Source of the DNA: a virus
Lineage: Duplodnaviria > Caudoviricetes
Virus record (IMG/VR): IMGVR_UViG_3300046002_001486
Coordinates: 1-32,356 of that record
DNA: 32,356 nt
Reading direction: 5' to 3' (one strand)
The stretch's first letter is position 1. Every line of letters starts with the position of its first letter. The notes under the pieces are model-generated. The model saw only the letters and a list, made by a program, of their open reading frames with translations, was not told where the DNA came from and did no database searches. The translations under genes were made by a program, and so were the position numbers. Positions 11,395 through 19,535 of the stretch are shown piece by piece.

Positions 11395-12198
11395 TTATCT
11401 AGCCAATATTTCTACTACATCACCTTGAAGAAAACTAGTATTTGGTATAACTGGATATGTTCCAGTATTGACAATCATCATTCTAACAAAAGGGTGATAT
11501 CCTTGAACATTAAATCCATCAGTGATTGTTTCTGCAGTATAACTAACTGAATCATCAAGTGGATACCATAAACTAAAATCTCCAAGAGTACTACCTTGTA
11601 ATTGAATATTACCAGTAAAGTTTTCAAAAGTTACTTGAAGTGATAATACAGGAGCTTCAGCCGTATTAATATAACTACTATAGTATGTTACTGGTTGACC
11701 TGAACTTAATGGTGGTACATGACTTGGAATAGTTACTACTTTACTTGGTACAAATGATGGTAATACACTATTAACAATTCTAATTATACCACGTGCACCA
11801 CCTTGACTATCTACAAATACTGGATAGTCAAATGTATCAATTGGTATTTCTAAACTATAATAACAATATTGAGTATTAATGTTTTCAATATCATCTTTGG
11901 TTAATGATAAACTGGTTAATCCAGTAACTGGTAGCACTGGTGTTAATGTCTTTTGTATAAGAATAGCAGTGCCATCAGCGTTCAATATTCTGCAAGTTAT
12001 AACTTTACCACTAATATTAACTGGTTTTTGATTTTGATTGATGAACGAAAATTCAAGCAGATTGTCCACGCCACGACTGATTATTAGGTCTTTAGAATAC
12101 ACTTTTTCATAACTCCTTTGTGCGCCAGCTGGTGAACGTTCCAATAAAACTACCAGTTGTCGTTGATTGTACAAGTAGACGTTTGTTTGAGCTGTCAC
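11395..12198 (-). CDS. Probable virion structural protein (beta-rich; baseplate/tail-associated)
   Basis: GTG start with AAGGA RBS and GATAAATA box at 12226-12219; the I.RG.DN.L.F...NQ.QKPVNI pattern resembles Ig-like baseplate domains. Confidence 0.65.
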   Translation of the reverse strand: MTAQTNVYLYNQRQLVVLLERSPAGAQRSYEKVYSKDLIISRGVDNLLEFSFINQNQKPVNISGKVITCRILNADGTAILIQKTLTPVLPVTGLTSLSLTKDDIENINTQYCYYSLEIPIDTFDYPVFVDSQGGARGIIRIVNSVLPSFVPSKVVTIPSHVPPLSSGQPVTYYSSYINTAEAPVLSLQVTFENFTGNIQLQGSTLGDFSLWYPLDDSVSYTAETITDGFNVQGYHPFVRMMIVNTGTYPVIPNTSFLQGDVVEILAR

Positions 12199-12218
12199 TT
12201 TAATGTCCTTATATATAA

Positions 12219-12269
12219 TATTTATCTGAATTGGATATTATTATATCCAGAAAACCACGCCGATAAATA
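12219..12269. promoter_or_regulatory. Divergent pair of late-type boxes with a central palindrome
   Basis: GATAAATA on minus (12226-12219) and plus (12262-12269); TGGATAT-N4-ATATCCA at 12232-12249. Confidence 0.65.
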
Positions 12270-12293
12270 ATGTTACTATAATATTGTCAATAC

Positions 12294-12671
12294 ATGGTCA
12301 ATGAATTTTTTCAGAAATTAAGCGAGAATCACCCGTTCATTACGGTTTGTACCTATGCAAACTTAGAATACGTTGGTATTATACAAAATAGAGATGATGT
12401 AGTTACTACATTCTATGACTATGGTAGTATTGTTGAACAAGATTTAAAGATATTATTCTTAGAATTAGGTGAAAATTGGTGGTGGGAAAGTAATAGATTG
12501 ATACCAATTAATATATTTCTCAGAGATGATTGGTCAGTATTTCGACCATATCTAAAAACATTCAATAATAAAGGGTTAAATGTATTACATGGCCCAACAA
12601 CCAGTTTAAATGAACTGACAAAAAAACGAATTAAACGTAGAAGTATTACACTAGTTAAAAAGATGATCTGA
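12294..12671 (+). CDS. Hypothetical phage protein (the only plus-strand gene)
   Basis: 125-aa ORF filling an otherwise empty gap, with its own late box and protein-like composition (YVGIIQN, WWWESNR.IPIN). Confidence 0.85.
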   Translation: MVNEFFQKLSENHPFITVCTYANLEYVGIIQNRDDVVTTFYDYGSIVEQDLKILFLELGENWWWESNRLIPINIFLRDDWSVFRPYLKTFNNKGLNVLHGPTTSLNELTKKRIKRRSITLVKKMI

Positions 12672-13262
12672 CAATTGATGTGCAGTTGGATCTTGTTCTA
12701 ACAAATTCATATGAATTCCCACCAAATGAGCATATGCACAGGCATGTGACTTCTTGAATGAATAACTTTCTTCATCTTTATCCCAAATTGTTTTATTAAT
12801 CTCTTTCCATGTCTTACCAATTAAATGTTTCTTTCCTGGTCTAATCAATGAAATGAACATAGATAATCTTGGAATACTGTTAATTGGTTCTGGCATTTTT
12901 AACATAGTTTCATAATGATAAGAATTACCAATCTGAATCAATTTGTCAAAGAATTCACGATCTTGTAGTTTTAACCAATTTGGTTCTTTCATCAATTCAA
13001 TTAAATGTGATTCATCTTTGATTAGTTTATATAACCAAACATTTAATAAATCTAATTTAATATATCCACGATTTTCACATTCAATATAATCAATTGATGT
13101 CATATCATAGGAGGAATCATAGGGTATATCAGTTACATATACACCACTACCATGTTTACGAATAGGAGTTACATTTCTCATAGCCGCGCTGGTATATTCA
13201 ATATGTTCTAACAATATATTACGATCACCAAAATCTAAATCAATATCGGCACTAAATTTCAT
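12651..13262 (-). CDS. Miniature DNA polymerase III alpha (DnaE)-like catalytic core
   Basis: ADIDLDF, KHGSGVY, GYIKLDLL, LIRPG and YSFKKSHACAY match the ordered C-family polymerase motifs. Confidence 0.85.
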   Translation of the reverse strand: MKFSADIDLDFGDRNILLEHIEYTSAAMRNVTPIRKHGSGVYVTDIPYDSSYDMTSIDYIECENRGYIKLDLLNVWLYKLIKDESHLIELMKEPNWLKLQDREFFDKLIQIGNSYHYETMLKMPEPINSIPRLSMFISLIRPGKKHLIGKTWKEINKTIWDKDEESYSFKKSHACAYAHLVGIHMNLLEQDPTAHQLSDHLFN

Positions 13263-13966
13263 AGACCCTCAATTTGAGAAATAACTGAATTAATCATTTT
13301 TGTTTCTTCACTATCACGTTTGAATTTAATATTCCAACGTTCAGGATCAATATATGGATAGATAAGATTTCTTTGATCATCATTTAATCTATTTAAAAAA
13401 TCAACACCAGTTTTACTTTGATATACAATCCATGGACTAATTTTACCATTGATAATATGATAACATAATTTATTTATATTAACATATTTAAACACATCAC
13501 GTAATTGTAGATTTTCATTTTCACTTAACGTTAACATATTATTCACTGATCGTTTGACAGCCATCATACCGTCTTCATTTCTAAGATGAATTATCAAATA
13601 TTTGGTATAAACTTTATCACTATTCCAATTATCAAGTGGTGTATTTTCTTTAAGTAAATGATCTACATAATTCAATGAATCAACTACTGATGCTTCTACA
13701 CAATACAAACCAAACTTGACAAAGCCAACATAATAGGCACTAGAAATAAAGTCAACATATTCTTTTTTCTTTTTAAATGGTTGAATTGTTTTATAGAATT
13801 TAAGCCAAGCCTCATATGCAATTCTATTAGCAGGTTTATCTTTCTCTTGCCAGCGACGTTTTTGCTCACATAAATGTTTAAGCAAATTTCCAGGTTTTAC
13901 AAAATTTCTTTTGCAATGTTCACAGCGATATTCTTCCGACTGTTCAGTTTCCACTTTCTCTTTCAT
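13259..13966 (-). CDS. Hypothetical protein with N-terminal zinc finger
   Basis: YRCEHCKRNF...LLKHLC; coupled to the DnaE-like gene by an ATGA overlap. Confidence 0.75.
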   Translation of the reverse strand: MKEKVETEQSEEYRCEHCKRNFVKPGNLLKHLCEQKRRWQEKDKPANRIAYEAWLKFYKTIQPFKKKKEYVDFISSAYYVGFVKFGLYCVEASVVDSLNYVDHLLKENTPLDNWNSDKVYTKYLIIHLRNEDGMMAVKRSVNNMLTLSENENLQLRDVFKYVNINKLCYHIINGKISPWIVYQSKTGVDFLNRLNDDQRNLIYPYIDPERWNIKFKRDSEETKMINSVISQIEGL

Positions 13967-14537
13967 AGTCTTTGATATCTTCTTCTGATATTAGTTCACC
14001 CATTAATTCCAAATCTGATCGTTTCATGTTAGGAAACATTTCTGCCAATTTGAATAAATGACGTTGTGTATTGGTATATTGAACACTTACTTCTTCTAAT
14101 ACATCAGGTTTTAATCCAGAATATATTTTAGAAAAGTATTCTTTAACATCTTTTTTTACTGCTCGTTCTTTTAAATTTACAATTTTTGGTTTCATGTGAG
14201 GTATCCAAGTATGTTTTTGATTACCAATTCCCGGACTGGCAGAACATAACATTAACCATTGTAACTCTGGATGATCTTGAACATGTTCATCAAATAAATA
14301 TTTGTTAACATATTCATTAGTACTACCCAAATAATATGCTGCCACTGGACCATTTTTTGTTACAGAACTAACCCAATGTGTCATCATATATGGGACAAAT
14401 TTCTTTTTCTGATCATCAGTAAGATTTTTATACCAGTTATAATTCTTTGAATCAATAGCAGATAATGCCTTGAATAATTCAAAGTCTTGATCTGTAAATT
14501 TTTCATCACTTGATACCGCTGGTTTTTTAGTTGCCAT
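13944..14537 (-). CDS. Hypothetical protein, possibly clamp-loader small subunit (gp62-like)
   Basis: KKFVPYMM..W.S...NEYVN...LQW...W pattern recalls gp62-family proteins. The ORF is secure; the function is tentative. Confidence 0.5.
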   Translation of the reverse strand: MATKKPAVSSDEKFTDQDFELFKALSAIDSKNYNWYKNLTDDQKKKFVPYMMTHWVSSVTKNGPVAAYYLGSTNEYVNKYLFDEHVQDHPELQWLMLCSASPGIGNQKHTWIPHMKPKIVNLKERAVKKDVKEYFSKIYSGLKPDVLEEVSVQYTNTQRHLFKLAEMFPNMKRSDLELMGELISEEDIKDYERESGN

Positions 14538-15037
14538 TAAAATGCCTGTGCATAGTCCACAATTTCACAATTACGACTGATTTCTTTTACAAAATATATA
14601 CAACGTGGTTTTTGATCTTCTTCAATTGGTACACATAAGAATTGTCCATTCTTTAATCTAGGGGCATACCATGTTACATCATGATATACATCCAAGATTT
14701 CAATGTCAAGAAAACTGGGTTTGAAACCACTTAATGGATTGAATTCAAATGCTCTAAATCCACGATCATTAATACTGGTTAATGGTAAAGTTTCTAAATC
14801 ACCCATTTCAGATTCACCAATAAGAATTTGCCAATCTAACGGCATCTTAATAGTACAATCTCCAATACGTAATACTAATGCCGGACTATTAAAACTTTCT
14901 AAAAATATTAGAGGTATATAATGATAATCTACATTTTGTGGATTACTATTATCTAATATGGCAAATCTAAGATCATCTATTTCTTCTGGTAGATTTTCCA
15001 GATTGTAAGAGCAATTGTCTAATGTTAAAATCTTAAT
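14537..15037 (-). CDS. Hypothetical protein, 166 aa, with apparent ATT start
   Basis: The frame is open for 64 codons upstream of the tracked ATG at 14845; GGAG lies 7 nt before ATT at 15037; no in-frame ATG/GTG/TTG occurs before the upstream TAA. Confidence 0.75.
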   Translation of the reverse strand: MKILTLDNCSYNLENLPEEIDDLRFAILDNSNPQNVDYHYIPLIFLESFNSPALVLRIGDCTIKMPLDWQILIGESEMGDLETLPLTSINDRGFRAFEFNPLSGFKPSFLDIEILDVYHDVTWYAPRLKNGQFLCVPIEEDQKPRCIYFVKEISRNCEIVDYAQAF

Positions 15038-15058
15038 TTTATTTCTCCAATAGTAAAC

Positions 15059-15087
15059 ATTTTACTATATAGGCGATGATTTGTCAA
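15059..15087 (-). promoter_or_regulatory. sigma70-type promoter
   Basis: TTGACA-17-TAAAAT upstream of the four-gene cluster ending in the DnaE-like gene. Confidence 0.8.
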
Positions 15088-15110
15088 GTGATTATGGATA
15101 TTTGTCATAA

Positions 15111-16568
15111 TCATCTATATTTGAATTTCTCTATCGTGAATGGATAGTTTGCTTCACGATAAAACTCTTTTCGTTTAGTTAAATGACGTTTAGCAAATCT
15201 ACAACTACTGGTTAGATCCCAAATTTGAACGAAATCTTTATCTTCCGCTTTTCTAATACCACGTCCAATACTCTGAATAACTCTTGTGAAACTTTTTCCA
15301 GATTCAACCATAACCAAATTAAAAATTCTTGGTATATTAAGACCAACTGCGGCAATACCATATGTGGCAATAATTACTTTATCATCACTAATTGCTACTT
15401 CATCATACTCAACTTTTCTAACTTTAGTTTTATCTTTACCACTGAGAAATACACTATTAGGTATTCTTGCAGACAATTCATGTCCAGCAGCCACACGATC
15501 AACCAAGATCAATGTATTACCAGTTTCAATAATCTTTTCTATAATCTGACTAAGAGCATCAAGTCTATTTCTATCTTCAAGTAAATGTTTAAGTTCAGAT
15601 TGATAATCACCAAATTCTAATTCATCTTGTAGTTGTACAATGTTAACATGACATTTTGATAATACATTCTTTTCTTGTAACTCTGAGGCTGATAGTTTAT
15701 TAATTACTGATCCAATACTAACCATTAGAGCAACATAGGCATATTTGTCTTTGGGAATTGTACCAGTTAATCCCCAACGAATTGGTATCTGTGAGAATAC
15801 ACCAGTAAGTAATGTCTTAAGAGCATCTGCCTTAGCCATATGAACTTCATCAACCATAACCAATACTACATCTTCAATAAATTCTTGAATAGTTATATCA
15901 GCCGTACCGTCTTTGGTATTCTTCAATAGATTGTTTAAACTTTGCCATGTACAGATTGTATGTTTACGACCAAACTCTTTACGATCACCAAAATATACAC
16001 CAACATTCAGACCCAAATTGATATAATCTGCCTCTGTTTGTGTAACTAAATCTTTGTTTGGTACAATGACAATTGATCTACCATATGGTTCTACTCTATA
16101 TGACAGTGCGGCAGTCATAAGAGTTTTACCAGCACCAGTAGCAATTTCTTGTAATGATTGTGGATTAGCCAAAAAGTTATTGACAATAGATATTTGATAG
16201 TCACGTAGAACTACAGGTTGACCTTCACGTTCATGACCTTTGGGCCAAACTTTACCATCAAATGTATGTTCGTCTACCAAGTCAAATGAGAATGTGGTAT
16301 TATAATCCCTAGTATCTATTAGTTCAACATCATAATTTCGTTGATCTAGATATTCAAGTATATCTGGTAATAGATTAATGTAGGTGGATCCACCTAATTG
16401 AAAATAGGATACTTTCCCATTCCAACGACCCAATCGGACACTTGGTTGATATCTTGCCCCAGGAATTTCATATTCAAACATCTTGACCAACGCTCTACGA
16501 TCAACAACATCTAAATCTTCAATTTTTGCGTTGACTTCATCTTTAATAATTAATTTACACTGTCTCAT
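15111..16568 (-). CDS. uvsW: UvsW-like superfamily 2 DNA helicase
   Basis: LRDYQ, ATGAGKT, DEVH, GLTGT and QSIGRGIR. Start moved to MRQCKL because the tracked start crosses a promoter and a terminator. Confidence 0.92.
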   Translation of the reverse strand: MRQCKLIIKDEVNAKIEDLDVVDRRALVKMFEYEIPGARYQPSVRLGRWNGKVSYFQLGGSTYINLLPDILEYLDQRNYDVELIDTRDYNTTFSFDLVDEHTFDGKVWPKGHEREGQPVVLRDYQISIVNNFLANPQSLQEIATGAGKTLMTAALSYRVEPYGRSIVIVPNKDLVTQTEADYINLGLNVGVYFGDRKEFGRKHTICTWQSLNNLLKNTKDGTADITIQEFIEDVVLVMVDEVHMAKADALKTLLTGVFSQIPIRWGLTGTIPKDKYAYVALMVSIGSVINKLSASELQEKNVLSKCHVNIVQLQDELEFGDYQSELKHLLEDRNRLDALSQIIEKIIETGNTLILVDRVAAGHELSARIPNSVFLSGKDKTKVRKVEYDEVAISDDKVIIATYGIAAVGLNIPRIFNLVMVESGKSFTRVIQSIGRGIRKAEDKDFVQIWDLTSSCRFAKRHLTKRKEFYREANYPFTIEKFKYR

Positions 16569-16575
16569 AATAAGT

Positions 16576-16604
16576 ATTATACTTATCTTATTATACAATG
16601 TCAA
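16576..16604 (-). promoter_or_regulatory. Consensus sigma70 promoter (probably leaderless uvsW mRNA)
   Basis: TTGACA-17-TATAAT; ATG 7 nt downstream with no Shine-Dalgarno sequence. Confidence 0.85.
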
Positions 16605-16614
16605 GTGATTAGGC

Positions 16615-16644
16615 AAACAAAAGCCCCTTAATTGGGGCTTTTTT
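16615..16644. terminator. Bidirectional rho-independent terminator
   Basis: AAAAGCCCC-TTAATT-GGGGCTTTT with A/T runs on both sides. Confidence 0.85.
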
Positions 16645-16658
16645 GACACTTGATAAAA

Positions 16659-17702
16659 TTATCGATTAGTAGTACAAGTATTCATGGCCAGAGTTTTCCA
16701 ATCTGTTTCATCCACTTTAATCAAGTCGGCAATTTTAAGTGCCATACGAAGAGATACTTCACGAAGAACACTACGATTTTCCCACATGAAATCCAAAATT
16801 TGATCACCCTCATTGGATTCAAAATCATATTCTTTGAACAAACCACCATCAGCATCGCGATGAACCTGACGAATACGTAACATACGATCACGTTCAGTGT
16901 TAATGGTTAAATCCAAATAGTGACAACGTGATTGAAGTGCCTCAACGTGAGCGGCAATTTTACCACGAGCCGTACTGAAATTCAAATTGGTAATGAAAAT
17001 GACACTACCTTTGAAATCAAAACTTGGTGGAATTCCTTCTTCACGAAGTTTACGTGAGTCAGTGTTCCAGAAAATCTTGCGACGTTTTCCACTATCCAAA
17101 GCGGCTTTCAGAATGTTAAGTGCATCTTCATCATGAAAAATGTCACAATCATCAAACACTAAGACGTTTTTAGGATCACTAAATTTGTACAGAGTGGCGT
17201 ATAAACCCAAGGCTGACATAGCGCCTTTGACAATTTCGTAACGGACTTTCTTGTTAGCCAAACGGTCAAATGTACTATACATTTCCAATTGTTGTTCAAC
17301 ACCAAACGATTTACCAACTCCTGGTGGACCCGATACGATCAAGGCACGAATGTCGCTGTTAATACAGGCACATGACATTTTGTTCAGAATAGAAAAACGA
17401 GTGGCGATGCGATTCATGGCATCTTCATCAGATTCCGCTGAAACTTCTGGTTCTTGTGTTGCGGGAATAAAATTTGACACTTGGCTTGGAACAGATTTAC
17501 GACCAGTTTCCAACACTTCAATGGCATTGAAATTTGGCACATCAATATAACACAATTTTGATTCAGTCGGAAGTTGACCTGAATTTTTTACTTGAATACG
17601 CCCATCTTTATTTGATGTAAGTGGACGTGCCAAAGTGAAAACAGTGTTTTCAAATTTGAAATTTTTATAAGAACCGCTCGTAACACGAATTGAAGTAGCC
17701 AT
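16659..17702 (-). CDS. AAA+/P-loop ATPase
   Basis: Walker A GPPGVGKS, Walker B VLVFDDCD, sensor-1 IFITN, arginine-finger ALQSR. Confidence 0.85.
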   Translation of the reverse strand: MATSIRVTSGSYKNFKFENTVFTLARPLTSNKDGRIQVKNSGQLPTESKLCYIDVPNFNAIEVLETGRKSVPSQVSNFIPATQEPEVSAESDEDAMNRIATRFSILNKMSCACINSDIRALIVSGPPGVGKSFGVEQQLEMYSTFDRLANKKVRYEIVKGAMSALGLYATLYKFSDPKNVLVFDDCDIFHDEDALNILKAALDSGKRRKIFWNTDSRKLREEGIPPSFDFKGSVIFITNLNFSTARGKIAAHVEALQSRCHYLDLTINTERDRMLRIRQVHRDADGGLFKEYDFESNEGDQILDFMWENRSVLREVSLRMALKIADLIKVDETDWKTLAMNTCTTNR

Positions 17703-17735
17703 TTATTAATGCCTCAGAATCATTGAACAGATATC

Positions 17736-17764
17736 AGTATAACGCAAACGTGATTTATTGTCAA
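17736..17764 (-). promoter_or_regulatory. Early sigma70-type promoter
   Basis: TTGACA ATAAATCACGTTTGCGT TATACT. Confidence 0.8.
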
Positions 17765-17766
17765 AT

Positions 17767-18444
17767 TTATTGGAATTTAGTGTAGTTTAATTGAGACACA
17801 AATCCATCACGATGAGCCTTGACTTTTCCAGTCAAATTGACAGTATTTCCAACAGTCAAATTTGGTCCCCAGTTACTTGTGGCGAAAAATACACTAAGAT
17901 TTTCTTTAGTAATTCCAGAGATAAAATAACAGCCATAATTCTGAGAATATGAGGCTTTGACAATCTCTACACTAAGTGTAACTTTAGTACCAATTTTTCC
18001 CACATATTCAGATTTACATTCACGTAAACGACTGTCTACATCGCGACGTTTTTGTGCCTTGGAAAAAACCAATGGTAAACAAGCCATAGTTGCCATTTCA
18101 CGTTCTGAAATTTCCTCGCCATTGGCCAAACTCATTGACTTGTTTTGAAAATCATTAAGAATTTTACCTTTGAGAATTTCAAAAGTAAGTGCCTTGAAAT
18201 GAGTACGAATATCTTTACCAAGCTCACGATCAGAATCAGTGATTTTATGTGGTTCTGCCAAAAACTCAATCATCAATTGTTTATTTGGTAGTTTATGTTG
18301 TTGCACAGAAATATTATCTGCATCAGCAATTTCATACTGATTTAAATTAACTTTAACGTATTCACCCTGATTAACACGATCAGCGGCGGCTGATGCGGCA
18401 AACATCAAATCTGCGGGATACATAACTGATTTTTGTCGTGTCAT
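17767..18444 (-). CDS. Hypothetical protein with probable C-terminal OB-fold
   Basis: Start moved to MTRQK (AAGGT RBS). YVGKIGTKV...GNTVNLTGKVKAH...QLNY is an OB-fold-like pattern. Confidence 0.7.
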   Translation of the reverse strand: MTRQKSVMYPADLMFAASAAADRVNQGEYVKVNLNQYEIADADNISVQQHKLPNKQLMIEFLAEPHKITDSDRELGKDIRTHFKALTFEILKGKILNDFQNKSMSLANGEEISEREMATMACLPLVFSKAQKRRDVDSRLRECKSEYVGKIGTKVTLSVEIVKASYSQNYGCYFISGITKENLSVFFATSNWGPNLTVGNTVNLTGKVKAHRDGFVSQLNYTKFQ

Positions 18445-18483
18445 ATTAATACCTTGAGAAAATTGTAACAAAGATAATTAAAC

Positions 18484-18699
18484 TCATTTTGAGTAAGCCC
18501 CGGTATATGCTTCTACCATATCCGTGACATGTCCAACCAACGTGAGTTCATCCGGTTTATACCAAGCCATCTTTTGTTCTGTACGTTCGTTTGCAAACGC
18601 CAATGCGGCTTCACCATGTGAGTTAAGTTCTGAAACTACAGCAATCGTTCCAAACTTAGTACGAACAACATCTAACAACTTCAATCCTCTTAATCTCAT
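18484..18699 (-). CDS. Small hypothetical early protein (SH3/KOW-like pattern)
   Basis: Start moved to MRLRGLKL, directly after the upstream stop, with GGAG RBS. Confidence 0.65.
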   Translation of the reverse strand: MRLRGLKLLDVVRTKFGTIAVVSELNSHGEAALAFANERTEQKMAWYKPDELTLVGHVTDMVEAYTGAYSK

Positions 18700-18700
18700 T

Positions 18701-19021
18701 TTACATACTCCAATATGATTCAGAACTGGGCGAACAAAAAGAAGGCGTATCATAGCGTTCTTGAAATTCTTCATCACTCAGAATATTTTTACGAGTGACA
18801 TAAGTTTCGTGTAATTCAACACGATAACCTTTACTAACAGGATAAGTACTGATTTGAATTGCCCCTACGTGAGCCTCAGCCGATTTCAGAGATGCTTTAA
18901 CAGACAGATCGTATTTTTTAACCAGACTTTCGCCTGACTTACGCCGACCATCACGTTTATAAACTTCTACTGTGTATTCTTTTTCTTCTACTGGGAAGAA
19001 CGCTGGATAGTTTCGTAACAT
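18701..19021 (-). CDS. Hypothetical early protein
   Basis: Start moved to MLRNYP (AAGGA RBS, downstream of the promoter); C-terminus TPSFCSPSSESYWSM. Confidence 0.75.
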   Translation of the reverse strand: MLRNYPAFFPVEEKEYTVEVYKRDGRRKSGESLVKKYDLSVKASLKSAEAHVGAIQISTYPVSKGYRVELHETYVTRKNILSDEEFQERYDTPSFCSPSSESYWSM

Positions 19022-19052
19022 AATTAGTTCCTTTTCATCAGTGTATGTGTAT

Positions 19053-19111
19053 ATTATACACGAAAATGGATTTGTTGTCAATAAAAAGTGTTGTTTTTAT
19101 ACAACACTTTT
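19053..19111 (-). promoter_or_regulatory. Consensus early promoter plus upstream palindromic element
   Basis: TTGACA ACAAATCCATTTTCGTG TATAAT (19081-19053); AAAAGTGTTGT-N6-ACAACACTTTT at 19084-19111. Confidence 0.85.
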
Positions 19112-19118
19112 ACATTAA

Positions 19119-19436
19119 TTAAGTAGTCCATTTATCACCAGTAATTACGTTAACCAACTCAACTCCAGAGCCAAAAGCGGCACGAGCTTCAAAACGCTCT
19201 TCATCACTGGGACCTTTGTAATTTTTACGATAAGATTCCAAAAATGCAGTTTGTTCTTTTTGACGAATTAAGTTACTTTTAGTAACTTCTTGTTTGAGAA
19301 TATTGCCATTTTCAAACAATTTAGTTAACATATCATCAAAAGGAACTTGATCATTTGATTTCCAACGTACAACGCCATTTGTTACATAAATTTCTTTTGA
19401 ATGTTTTTCAATGTTATTAATCATTTTCGCTTTCAT
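19119..19436 (-). CDS. Hypothetical early protein
   Basis: 105-aa ORF behind its own promoter; C-terminus EARAAFGSGVELVNVITG. Confidence 0.75.
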   Translation of the reverse strand: MKAKMINNIEKHSKEIYVTNGVVRWKSNDQVPFDDMLTKLFENGNILKQEVTKSNLIRQKEQTAFLESYRKNYKGPSDEERFEARAAFGSGVELVNVITGDKWTT

Positions 19437-19456
19437 TTATCAGTTTCAATACAAGT

Positions 19457-19535
19457 ATTTTACAGTAAAATGGATTTGTTGTCAAATTTGAAATATTGAG
19501 AATATCTTAGTGTTGCATAAAAACAACACTAAGAT
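19457..19535 (-). promoter_or_regulatory. Early promoter plus second copy of the palindromic element
   Basis: TTGACA ACAAATCCATTTTACTG TAAAAT (19485-19457); ATCTTAGTGTTG-N8-CAACACTAAGAT at 19504-19535. Confidence 0.85.

Noticed and set aside
12651-12653. TAG stop of the DnaE-like gene as a sign of amber recoding that would extend the protein
   Set aside because: Conserved genes are intact under the standard code, the TAG comes after the last DnaE motif, and read-through would run antisense into a real gene.
16569-16649. N-terminal extension of UvsW in the ORF track (likewise 19022-19081, 21879-21902, 5986-6087 and 31174-31197 for other genes)
   Set aside because: These extensions cross promoters, terminators or upstream genes; downstream starts fit the RBS and promoter positions better.
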